Source of the DNA: Mobula hypostoma
Lineage: Eukaryota
Length of the DNA stretch: 64,000 nt
NCBI RefSeq assembly: GCF_963921235.1
Contig: NC_086104.1
Location: forward strand, 95,480,001 to 95,544,000
Reading direction: 5' to 3'
The notes beneath the pieces were generated by a model. The model was given only the letters and a program-made list of their open reading frames with translations. It had not been told where the DNA came from and ran no database searches. Positions 52,273 to 63,480 of this stretch are shown here, piece after piece (position 1 is the first letter of the stretch; each line of letters starts with the position of its first letter). The translations under genes were made by a program, and so were the position numbers.

Positions 52273-53929
52273 GCTAGACAGGGTGGTGACAAAACCATTT
52301 AGCATGCTGGCCTTCATCAGGTAGGGAATTGAGACATTTGCTGGAGTTGTACAAGTCATTAGTGAGGTCCATTGTAGAGTTTTAGTCACCCTGTTAGAAG
52401 ACAGATGTGGTTAAACAGGAGAGTGCAGAATAAATTTACAACAATGTCGCCAGGACTAGAGGGACTGAGTTATATGGAGAGATTGGTCTTTATTCCTTGG
52501 GATGTAGGAGAGTTAGGAGCAACTCTAGAGAAATGTTTAAAATTATGAGCCATAAATAAGGCAGATGGCAACTGTCTTTTCCCTCAGAGTAGAGGAGTCC
52601 AAAACTAGGGTGTGTAGATTTAGGCTGAGTGGGGTAAGATTTAAAAAGGACTGAGGGGAAACTTTTTCCACACAGAGGGTGGTGAGTTTATGGTACATGC
52701 TGCCAGGGGAAGTGGTTGAGGCAGGAACAATAATATCATTTAAGAAGTACATTGATAGGGCAGGTCTTAGACAGATACGGGCTGAAGGTAAGAAATGGGG
52801 ACTAGCTGGGTTGGCATAGACTTGTCAGGCTGAAGGGCCTGTATGTACTGTATTGTTCTATGATTCCACAATCACCTACCTTGCTTCTAAACTCTAATGA
52901 AGGATAAACCCTCTCAACTTCTGCACTTCATCCCAGAAATCAATCTGGCAACTGGATCAACCTGAAATCTATCCTTCAGCACACTACGTTGTATCATGCC
53001 AATTAAGCTAATGATGTCTAATTAAACCTCTTCCCTCTCAAAGTAAATTATATCAAAATGTTTTTTGCTACCATATGCCATCTTGAGATTTATTTTCTTG
53101 CAGTCATTTACAGGAAAGTAAAGAAATACAAAGAATTTATGGAAAAAAACTATACACCAAGACTGACAAACAACCAATGTGCGAGATGAGCAAATAATAC
53201 TGAGAACATGAGTTGGAGAGGCCTTGAAAATGAGCTTGTACGTTAGTGGGTTCAGCTGAGAGTTGAGGTGAGTGAAGTTATCCACTCTGGCTCAGGAGTC
53301 TGATGGTTGAAGGGTGATAATTGTTCTTGAACCTGGTGGTGTGAGACTTAAGGCTCCTGTACCTCCTGCCTAATGGTAGCAATGAGAAGAGTTTGGCCTG
53401 GATGGTGGGGTCATTGATGATGGATGCTGCTTTCTTGTGACAGCACTTTGGGAGGGCTTTGTCTGTGATGGACTAGTCAGCATTTGGTCCATATTCTTCT
53501 ATTTTCTGCATATTCCTGTGCTTATCTATGGGCCTCAAACGCCACCACCACATTCACTACCACCCTGGCAGCACATTTCAGGCATCCAACACTGTGTTAA
53601 AAAAACTTGCCTTGCTCATCTTTTTTGAACATTACGTTGAATGCATGCTCTCTAGTGTTAGATATTTCAACTCTGGGGAAAAGGACACATGCTGTAAGAC
53701 TCTCTGATTGATCGTAAAGCATCCCACCATCAACCTATAGTGTGAGTTATCCAAATATTTCTGCTTCTCCTTTTTATCCTGCGTTTCTGTTAAGACATAG
53801 GCAACTAAATGATAATACTGCATCTCTATGCACCATCTCTGTGCACGTTGCATTCCGGTTCACTATTAGTAATAAACCCCTGGTTCTGAAGAAAATTCAC
53901 CCACAGGCAGCAGTAGCTGTGGCACTGGA

Positions 53930-54460
53930 GCGATGATTCCGCTTCGCTTGGGTCTGCCTGTGAGTGATGTTCTCCGCGCTCGGTTGTTCGTGACTGGGAT
54001 CGCATTCTCGGCATTCGGCTGCCCGGGCCTCGGTTGCTATGGTGACGGGCCGGGTTTTCCAGGCCGCAGTATGTCTACGGCGTCCAAGGTGGCCCTCGGC
54101 GTTTCCGTGGTGCTGACAGCGGGGACGGTGGCCGGGGTTCACCTCAAGCAAAAGCTGGAGAGGGAGGTGATTGTGAGGCGCCGGGGAGGGCGGGGTCGGA
54201 GTGCTGCCTCGAGGTGGAGCTGCGGGCCTTGCGCCCGACCGTGCCCAGTGCGGGCTAGGCCCCGGGGAAGGAGCCGGGTGGGGTGGGGACGGGACTGGTG
54301 CTCGCGGGTGGGGGAGAGTGTACCCCGGCACGTGCGGCCCAGGAGCGCGCCGCCCCTCCCCCCATCGGCGCAAGAATCGGTCAAAGGTCACCTAGGAAGA
54401 TCCGCCAAGGCCTCCAGGCTCAGGAGTTTGTCTCACCAGCGCACCCGTGCTCAGTGTCTG
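53930..54460 (+). promoter_or_regulatory. CpG island, shared PET117/KAT14 promoter and first exon
   Basis: Sharp GC/CpG-rich block; X-box-like GTTGCTATGGTGAC at 54033-54046; GC box gggcgggg at ~54188. Confidence 0.75.
54071..54166 (+). CDS. PET117: PET117 cytochrome c oxidase assembly factor, exon 1
   Basis: MSTASKVALGVSVVLTAGTVAGVHLKQKLERE, donor GTGATT from 54167, phase 0; resembles human MSRSSKVVLGLSVLLTAATVAGVHVKQ. Confidence 0.93.
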
Positions 54461-54654
54461 CCTGACAGGTTGCTGCAAAGCCCATCTCACGGCATTGCAA
54501 TCCCCTCCCCATTGGTTGTGTGGAATGCTAAAGAAGGGGTGTCATTTGTCTCCTCTGCTTGCATAGGTTCACGTTGCAGTTCGCATGCGTTTCCCCTGGG
54601 TGCTCCTGTAGCAAATGTAATGGAATACCGTTGGAAGTGGTATCTAGCATGAAG

Positions 54655-54945
54655 GAGATGAAAGATTTGCTTCATTTGTTACATGCACAGTGAAATGCGC
54701 CATTTTCAGTCAGTGATCATCAGAATCCGATGACTGTGCTGGGGGCAGCCCACCAGTGTCACCACGCTTCCAGTGTCAATATAGCATGCCCTTTGCTAAC
54801 CTTAACATATGAGTCTTTGGAACACGTGAGGAAACCAGAGCACCCGGGGGAAACCCACATGGGGAGTGTACAAACTGCAGCGGGGAATTGAATCCCAAGT
54901 TTACAGCTATCTTCTGATGGTGTTACATTAACCACTACCCTACCT
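54655..54945 (-). mobile_element. V-SINE-related element
   Basis: gaggaaaccagagcacccgggggaaacccac...gggaattgaatccc; similar to 31270-31550. Confidence 0.65.
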
Positions 54946-56279
54946 GTGTATTTGATTTGGAAAATCAACATCTTGCTGTAGAATCTGTCTGCATTCATAA
55001 TTTGCCTTTTGTTTTGGGGGTCGTGTGTTAGGATTTGTAATGTAGTTGTGTAAACCCTTCTTGGGGATACACTTTCCTTACATTTGTTAGTTGATCTGGA
55101 GTGGGATTTTCAGTAAAACGTCAGGGAAGGTGCATCTGGATATTTACACCAGGCTGCGTTCACACTGCAGAGGAACCTGGGGTTATTGTGAAGGGTAGGG
55201 AAAGGGGAACCCAGATGACTACTGTTAACTACCCCTTGGTGTAGATTAATAAGATGCATCAAAAGATGGGCTCGAATGAGAAAATAAGATGCAGAGGGAA
55301 ATAAGGGGAGAGGGCTTGGATCTCATGGCATTGTGCGCCAGAGGTTTGCATGGACCCGATGGGCTGAATGGCTGCCATCTATTATGATTATAATATAAGT
55401 AATGCACAGAGTAAAGAAATCAATCAATATGATATACTTCCCTTCTATTGATCGTCATGGATAACCCTCGAGGTCGAGGATGATGGTCTTCGTTCTGTTG
55501 ATCTACTTATGGGCTCTCAAGTGGCTTATGAGTCCAATCTTGGCTTTGAAAGTTCTATGGATAAGGACTTTCAGAAAGATGGAGCAGGAGTCTGACCAGA
55601 GATGGGAAGAGGAGGGGAAGCATGCCGCAGTGGGTCACAGAGCATCTGTAAATACAGTGCCAGCACGAGGTACATCTTGAACCAGCCTGGTTGGATGCTG
55701 GAGAGGTCACAGGGAAAATGTACAAACCAATTGCAGAACTGGAACCCTGATGAGAGATTGCCGGTGGGGTAAAGTGATGGCACTAATTGCTATGCTACCA
55801 CACTGCCTATTAGAGCATGAGAGGGAACAGTTTGCTCCAGGCATCCTTGGATGTGTGGAAGGTTTGGGTACTGCTCCTGCAGCCATCTTTATTGGAATGA
55901 TAATGTACCTTCTTCAGACGTTTGATGTTTCATTTTACACAGGAGTCTAAGTACTATCACTGCTTTTTCCAGCTTTCCAATTAGAAATAGAAGCAGGATC
56001 AAGGTATAAGGTCCCTTGTTTCTGCTTCAAAATTCAAAAACATCCTGACTTATCCTCTACCTTATCCATTTTCTAATCTGATATCCTGTCTCCCTTCATT
56101 TTCTGAACACCTCTTCTCTTGGTTTTGTATATTAACGACAGCAAAACCTTGGACAGAGCATGCACGCACGGTCGTAGGAGGTTAAACTGAATGAGCACAT
56201 CTCTGGACTCTGAACCTCAAGCCTTCAGTTGTTTGAGAATTTAGGATGTCCTTGCCTCAAGCTTTCGTTTTTTAGGAAA

Positions 56280-56880
56280 TTAATGCAACTTTTACTTTAT
56301 TGTCGCCGAACAATTGATACTAGAGCGTACAATCATCACAGTGATATTTGATTCTGCGCTTCCCGCTCCCTGGATTGCAAATCGATAGTAAATGTTAAAA
56401 ATTAAAATTATAAATCATAAATAGAAAATAGAAAAGCGAAAGTAAGGTAGTGCAAAAAAAAAACGAGATGCAGGTCTGTATATTTGGAGGGTACGGCCCA
56501 GATCCGGGTCAGGATCTGTTCGGCAGTCTTATCACAGTTGGAAAGAAACTGTTCCCAAATCTGGCCGTACTAGTCTTCAAGCTCCTGAGCCTTCTCCCCG
56601 AGGGAAGAGGGACAAAAAGTGTGTTGGCTGGGTGGGTTATGTCCTTGATTATCCTGGCAGCTCCGACAGCGTGCGGTGTAAAGTGAGTCCAAGGACGGAG
56701 GATTGGTTTGTGTGATGTGCTGGGTTGTGTTCACAATCTTCTGCAGTTTCTTCCGGTCTTGGACAGGACAACTTCTGTACCAGGTTGTGATGCACCCTAG
56801 AAGAATGCTTTCTACGGTGCATCTATAAAAACTAGTGAGGGTTTTAGGGGACAGGCCAAATTTCTTTAGCTTTCTCAGGA
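56280..56880 (-). mobile_element. Rex/Babar-type LINE 3' fragment in the PET117 intron
   Basis: Reverse strand encodes ...IIKDITHPANTLFVPLPSGRRLRSLKTSTARFGNSFFPTVIRL. Confidence 0.8.
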
Positions 56881-56953
56881 AACTTTAGATATTAATAGTT
56901 TTGCTGACTTTTAAATGCCGCCATTAGGCTAAATCCCTTTTTATTTTCTGCAG

Positions 56954-57118
56954 AGATTGCGAGAAGGGGTTTACAGGGATCTTGAACGACAGCAACGCAA
57001 GAAAGAAAACATTCGGATACTAGAAGAACAGATTAGTCTGACAAAGAAGCTGGAAGCTGATCGACTCAAGCAAAGTCCCTTGGCTTCTGGAAGTTCCCAA
57101 CAAACCAGAATGAAATAG
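56954..57118 (+). CDS. PET117: PET117 exon 2 (protein total 86 aa)
   Basis: Acceptor ccctttttattttctgcag (AG 56952-56953); RLREGVYRDLERQQRKKENIRILEEQISLTKKLEADRLKQSPLASGSSQQTRMK, TAG 57116-57118. Confidence 0.93.
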   Translation, partial: RLREGVYRDLERQQRKKENIRILEEQISLTKKLEADRLKQSPLASGSSQQTRMK

Positions 57119-57271
57119 CCTGTTTTATTCTCTAATGTGAATTGTCTTAATTGATGATGGATATTTTCCTTTATGGTGGGAAAAACACAGAATTAATTAA
57201 TAACAAAACTGCTTCTTAGCTATTAGATGAATCTACCCTTTTAAGCTTTTCTGTGCCAGAAGTTTTTTGCG

Positions 57272-57536
57272 ATGGAAGACAATGGGGAGGCAAAAAGTTT
57301 AACTGCTCGCCAAATGGATGAATGCACAAGAATGGCTGCATCGGAAGGTTTGGAAGAAGGAGAGGTCGAAGGGGAAACCTTACTGATAGTTGAGTCTGAA
57401 GACCAGGCATCGGTGGATCTGTCCCACGATCAGAGTGGGGATTCCTTGAACAGTGAACTTGGTGATGAAGGTGATGTGTCCTGGGCAGAAGAAATGTCTT
57501 ATTATTGTGACAAATGCCAGAAATGGATCCCCACAA
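57272..57536 (+). CDS. KAT14: KAT14 (CSRP2BP/ATAC2) first coding segment
   Basis: gcgATGg Kozak; SEGLEEGEVEGETLLIVESEDQASVDLSHDQSGDSLNS...YYCDKCQKWIP nearly identical to human KAT14; donor GTACGT from 57537, phase 1. Confidence 0.95.
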
Positions 57537-58289
57537 GTACGTATGATATTTCTGAGCACCTGTAATCTGCTTTGTTATGACTTCCATTGTAATCTCAAAG
57601 TTTACCTGGAAATTGGACAGGTCTCTGAAAGTCAGTGCTGAAGCTCCTTAGAGTTAACTGGATAATGTGAAGAGAATTGGAATTTCCTAGCGTTTTGGGT
57701 GTTAACACTTGAGGTTTTCTGCAGTTTTGGAAATGTAGAGAGATTACTGCTTATAACCAGAACTTTCTCCCTCAATACTTCCTGTTCTGGTGAACAAATA
57801 ATACTGTGATTAACAAAAGATAATTTGGAGGGAAATGTCATTTTGAAAAGCCTGATTGAACTTCCAGAGTGATGGAAGCCAACCAGAGCTATTTGCACTC
57901 TCTGGTCAGTACATCTTCAATGGCAAAATGCTGAAATTAACAGGGTTCACAATCCGATTTCAACACAACAGTGTACCTCGCATTGGCAGCCCTGATGGGT
58001 CACTGGAGCAGCCCTGTTGCCATTGGTTGCTGACCTTATCGGGGTTACAGATGGTGTGGGATTTAGCTTAAGCCAAATCCACAAAGGTTGAATATTTCCT
58101 GCAGAAATTCTGCTTTTCCTAAGTGAGGGAAAGGTAGTGTGGTCATTTGTTTTTGCCCCAATCCTTCAGCTATAGAATGTTTCAGTGAGGTGACCTGCTT
58201 CCACCAGGCACCCTACTGTTAAGTTTGTGGGGTTCGTTTAATAGGAGTATTGGATGTAGTTGAAGGTTTTTGAATGGAACAGACTACTA

Positions 58290-58550
58290 AAGTAGCAGTT
58301 AGCGCGGCACAGGGCATCGGAGTTCAGTCCCGGTGTCCTCTGTAAGGAAGCTGTGCACGTCTCCCCATGGAATGTGTGGGTTTCCTCCGGGTGCTCTGGT
58401 TTTCTCCCACAGTCTAAAGACGTTCCGGGTGGGTTAATTGGTCATTGTAAAGTGTCCCGTGATTAGGCTAGGGTTAGATTGGTGTTATCAGGGTTTGCTA
58501 GGCAGCATGGCTTGACGGGCCTTTTCTGCATGGTACCTCTAAATAAATAA
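58290..58550 (+). mobile_element. V-SINE (HE1-like)
   Basis: gtgggtttcctccgggtgctctggttttctcccacagtctaaagacg V-domain, AATAAATAAATAAA tail. Confidence 0.75.
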
Positions 58551-59594
58551 ATAAATAACCTCCGGTAGCTGGTGATGGGTCTGTTCCTCTTCCTGTTTCT
58601 TCAGAAATTCTGGGGCTTATCAGCTGAGATAAGTATACATTTCTTTGGAGGTTGAAAGGACAGGATGTCCACCCGTTATGTTTTAACCAACGTTCCTTCT
58701 TCACTCTCCCAAAATCACCTGCCCCCAATCCCCGATAGCTGTGGCAGGTGGCTGATACATATCGTTTCATAAGTGGACCAGCGGGCAACTGAACCTGAAT
58801 GTGTAGAAAAGTCCAGTTCTTAACAGTCTGCAGACCGTAGTGCTTGGGTATGTTCTGACTAAAGGCTAGAAGTCAGAGTTATTGTGATCGAGCAGATAAC
58901 TTCCTTGGGTACTGGGAAAGGACTGGATGCACCAGTGACTTTATCCACACTGTGTATCGGTAAACAGGATGAATTCTTACTTGGTTTAGTTTAGCCCCAA
59001 ACTCGATTGCCCCCGATGAGCATATGAGATGTTTTGACAGAACTGGGAGATAAACTGTTTCTACTAAAAAGTTAGTAACAAGGATATAAGGTCATTGATC
59101 ACTGAAGCGAAGCAAAGAAGAGGGATTATTTTAATGTACCAAGCTATGATCAAAATTGCACAGAGTGAAACGTGGTGCGAGCAGGACCAATAGTAACTTT
59201 CAGAAGAAAACTGACTGTTAATGAAGAGTGAAGTTTATAGTGCTGTGAAGAATAGACGACAGGACTAATTGGGGCAGCTTTCAAAAAAGCCTGATGTCGC
59301 CATCCGTTGTAATCATTAATGGGAAACAGACATCGTGAGTTAGATATGGAGTTAGGATTCTGCTCTGGTTTTGACAGTTGCCAATATAAAAGGAAGTTCT
59401 TTCTTACCAGAGCCACTGTTTTAAGTATTTTCCCACAAATAAAATGAAATAAATAAAAATGTACTGATCTTAATGTTTGCATTGGCCTATATGAATTGTC
59501 CAATCAATAATAGAAAGCTGAGCTGAAGGCAAAGGTGCTGAAATGTTCAGTAGATCAGACACCATCTGTGGAGAGAAAAACTCGAATCTGAAAC

Positions 59595-59645
59595 CTCCCC
59601 CTCCTCTCCCCCTCCTCTCCCCCTCCTCTCCCCCTCCTCTCCCCC
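59595..59645 (+). repeat. Polypyrimidine tandem repeat, ~(CCCCTCCTCT)n
   Basis: About 4-5 near-identical 10-11 bp units. Confidence 0.8.
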
Positions 59646-59744
59646 AGCATTTACTGTTTCTAGTATTCATTTTTTAAGTGTCAGATAGCAGAACCATGAA
59701 CCAAAGTGGTATTTGTAAGCTGTTTTATTCTGTATTCATACAAT

Positions 59745-59931
59745 TTGTGACCTTGTGGCGCATCAGACAGCAACCTTGCTGTTTCTTTCGTGTTTGTTTT
59801 TGACGAGGCCGAGTTGCTAGCTCGACGCTCAACCCAGCAGGGATGGAAAGCATGCAAGGAGCCGGCCAGATTCGAACATGGGACCACTCGTTTCGAAATC
59901 TGCTGCGGATGCCACTGCACCACTGGCCGGC
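59745..59931 (-). mobile_element. tRNA-derived SINE
   Basis: Reverse strand starts gccggccagtggtgcagtggcatccgc (A-box) ...catgttcgaatc (B-box). Confidence 0.7.
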
Positions 59932-60594
59932 TATGTGATCTACCTGTGGTCGTAGAAGTACAAATGAGGAAAAAAAAATTATTTTATGGTTATACTTTGA
60001 TCCTGGGATGTAAATAAAGACAGTGCCTTGCGTTGGAGCAGATATGGAGTGTGCTATTGAAGCATTTAAAAATATTATATTAATTTGTTTAGATAGATAT
60101 AGAGGAAATATTTCCCTCAATCAAAATCCAGAACAAGGGATGCCACCTTAAAATTGTGGCTAAGCTTTCAGGAGTGACTGAGAATGTAATTTTTCCACAT
60201 AAAGGGTGGGAGAAATGTGGAATTCTATCCTACAAGAGAAATAAGTTGAGATCATATCAAGGAATGTGACACGAAGAAATGTGAATAGCGGTGTGGTAAA
60301 TGGTACAGAACTGCCATACTCTGGGAGAGAAAGCCAGGATAGACTTGAAGTAGGCTTGCATGGTTTGTTTTGCTTAAGAGAAAGAAGATATAATGCTTGT
60401 TTTTATTTTGAACTGCTCTAAATGATACCTGATCACTTGTCTGACACACGGCACACTAACTGCTTGTGAAGTTCACCAATTGGGAAGATGCACAATACAT
60501 GTCTTATCCTTTTCGTAACGTTTAGACTTTGAATACTTTTTTACTGTTTCTTTTCCCCAGTTTGACAACGATTACATTCTTTCTTGGTTTTCAG

Positions 60595-60716
60595 CTCAGT
60601 TGAGGGGAGAGCACCCCAGTTACTTGCGAGGTGATAACTTCTTCCGGTTTAGTTGTTCAGACTGCACAGAGGATCGGAAGGAGCATTTTGAAAGACTGAA
60701 GCTCACATGGCAACAA
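60595..60716 (+). CDS. KAT14: KAT14 coding exon 2 (122 nt)
   Basis: AG 60593-60594, GTGAGT from 60717; (T)QLRGEHPSYLRGDNFFRFSCSDCTEDRKEHFERLKLTWQQ. Confidence 0.95.
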
Positions 60717-60859
60717 GTGAGTGTGTATCTAGAGCACTGTTTGGATTGATTTTATCTTCTGAATCAATTCTGCCATCTTGCACTTCAGGATCAATATCCC
60801 TACTTGTTTCTTTCTCCTTATCTCCAGTGTTCTATATTATGTTCAAAAAGGGAGATACT

Positions 60860-61480
60860 TAGTGGGAATCTATAGGTCAGATAGCTTAACAACTGTTACT
60901 GGGAATATATTAGAGTCTAATCAAGCGAAAAATAGCTGGTCATTTACAAAAAGTTTAATCCAATCAAACCAAATCAACATGGTTTAATGAAAGAAAAGTC
61001 AAGTTAGACAAGTTTATAAATGTTCTTTGAGGATATTACAATTTGAGGCAATAGAGGGGAACGTACATCTAATGTTACTGGATTTCCAGAAGACATTTGA
61101 TAAGGTGCCACATAAAAGGTTGTCACACAAGGTAAGAACACACAGTATTGTGGGAAGTATATTAGCATGGTTTGAAGACTGGTTATTGAATAGAAGATAG
61201 AGATTTGGAATAAATGGGTCTTTTTCAGAAAGATGTAGCTAGTGGAATTCTCCAAGGATCAATCCTTAGCTTTCAATTTACTAACTATAGTAATGACTGA
61301 GAAGAGGGGGAAGATAAAATATTGATTATAGGTGGGAAAGCATGCTGCAATAAATATATTTGGACTCCCAACAAAATATCATAAGATTGAACGAGCGGAC
61401 AGAAATGTTGCAAATACAGTTTAATGAAAGCAAAGAATGAGGTTGTGCATTTGGGAAATTGTAGCTCGGTGATATAACAC
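60860..61480 (+). mobile_element. Old CR1 RT fragment
   Basis: NQHGL, LDFQKTFDKVPHKRL, SGILQGSILS remnants. Confidence 0.6.
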
Positions 61481-62569
61481 CTTTGAATCTAAAGAATGGT
61501 GTCACAGCATACTGATAGCATTCCCTTGGAAGCTGAAGCAATGAAATTGTTTCTACCCTGATGAACCTATCTCCTCAGACTACCTCTGCTAACACTGAGA
61601 GGATAAGCGAAAAACACAGTCTGCTGTGAGAAAGCAAATATTACTTCAAGGAAGACGAGGTAGAAATTAATTTGGAGAATCAGCTCTGTTGTCTGAGAGG
61701 GCAACAAACTAATTGCAAAGCAATGGAATACTTGCCAAACTGGCAGTTCCCAATGAGATTTATTGTGTTGTTCGGAGATGTGCTCTAACTCCTCAGACAT
61801 TAGAATTTCTTTATAGCCTATTATGTCCTGCAGTTGGGCATGGACTCACAGTAAGTGGGCAACCCATGTCCTCATACAATAGAAAATGCCCCAGATTTAT
61901 TTTATATAAGATATCTGCTATAAGTGTCAAATTTCATTTTCAGGAGCTAGATTTACACCTGGGACTTGTAACTGAAAGGTTAGAACTAAAGAATTGAGTC
62001 GTCGATGTTACTCTAGGGTGTAAAGTATTGCAGCTTTCTGCTTCTTGGCCACATTTTCTGTATCCAAGGAATATTGCCAGCATCAATACTGTTGCTACTT
62101 TTGCTTCTCTTGGCAAGCCTGCTACGTTCAGTCTCAGTGAGCACTACCGAATTTCCTTTTGCTTTATTTTTATCTCTGTCACTAACTTCCCATCTTTCTC
62201 ATGTAAACAATACTGTGGCAAACTCCAATAAGAAGTTCATATTAGCCACTAACTTTTAGTCTCCCAGTGGTCCTGCTTCATTGTCCTTAATGTTTTATAG
62301 TAGCTTTCCAATAAAATTAAAAACTAATTTTAAAAAAGTGCAGCAAAAATAACAGAGGCAAATGGTGCTGACTTTTTATTTTGCATATTAAATACTGTTA
62401 TGTAATTTATAATTAACAGCTGTATTGCTCTTTGAGAGCTTGTGCGGACTTGTTGAGCTAAATGGCTTTCCTCTGTGTTCTGCTTTTCTGTGTTGGGAGA
62501 CATTCTGAGATGAGAGGTATGATACAATTCCCATTCCTGAATTGAGCCTTTGCTTCCTCTTTGTATTAG

Positions 62570-62691
62570 GTTGTGGTATTGGCCATGTACAATTTATCAT
62601 TGGAAGGGACTGGTCGCCAAGGCTACTTCCGTTGGAAGGAGGATATTTGTGCTTTTATCGACAAGCACTGGGCATTCTTATTAGGGAACAG
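62570..62691 (+). CDS. KAT14: KAT14 coding exon 3 (122 nt); gene continues beyond the window
   Basis: AG 62568-62569, GT 62692-62693; VVVLAMYNLSLEGTGRQGYFRWKEDICAFIDKHWAFLLGN(R). Confidence 0.95.
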
Positions 62692-63049
62692 GTAAACTGT
62701 CCTTCCACAATCCACAGAAGACTTGCCTGAAAAATTGTAACATTTTGTGGTGGGAGAATTGTGTTGTGCTGGAATACCATGGTGTTTCAGATTTTCCTGA
62801 TGTAACCATTGGTTCAAGGCAATACAGTATCTGCTTACTGTGCATTTCTAGCACAGTGATACATTGGCAGAGTCGTGGAGAAATGGAAGCAAATCTTAAA
62901 GCAGATATTTGTATGTCTATAACTTGTAATTTAGGCTCTTGCCCAGTATTGATTATTGCTAAGTTATTTGCTGTTTGATGAATGTAGCTCATTTGCCCTC
63001 TTGTAAGCCAGGCTGAACTTGCAATTACTTACAAACAGGAAGGTGGAAA

Positions 63050-63480
63050 TGGGTTTCAAATTCAAGTTCAAGTTTATTGTCATTCAACTTTACACATGTA
63101 TATAACTAAATAAAACAACATTCCTTGGGACCAGAGAAAAACTCAATACATATATCACATATAGGACGTAAAATAATATCGACACTATAAAAGTATTTCT
63201 GATGTACAAGTTGACATGAGTGCATATACAACACATAGCTAAATATACAGCAGTATAATACTATTGGCACTGTCATAAATAATGTGTACTGGGTGGTTCA
63301 GAAGTCTCACGGCCTGGGGGAAGAACCTCTTACCCAGCCTTACAGTTCTTGTTCCTATATGGGTGGTACCTTCTGCCTGACAATAGGAGGTCAAAGAGAT
63401 TGTGCAAATGTTGGGAGGGGTCCTTGATAATGCTGAGGGCTCTGCGAACACAGTGCTTCTAGTATATGTCCTGAATGGGA
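63050..63480 (-). mobile_element. Rex/Babar-type LINE 3' end
   Basis: HIGTRTVRLGKRFFPQAVRLLN; ttcaagttcaagtt tail. Confidence 0.7.

Larger units (their letters stand above)
47900..52865 (+). mobile_element. Long degraded CR1 LINE (ORF1 zinc finger/leucine zipper/esterase, ORF2 endonuclease, 3' end) hosting nested insertions
   Basis: SCCKLWE...YICGKCIQLQLLTDQVMEMQQELDILR (ORF1), VHVGTD (esterase block), WDVTAVRETWL and VLVGDFNFPGID (APE endonuclease), FSTQRVVSLWYMLP (3' end). Confidence 0.8.

Noticed and set aside
53933-54652. 239-aa ORF over the CpG island
   Set aside because: Only residues encoded by 54071-54166 are PET117; the rest is GC-rich 5' sequence and intron read-through past a good GT donor.
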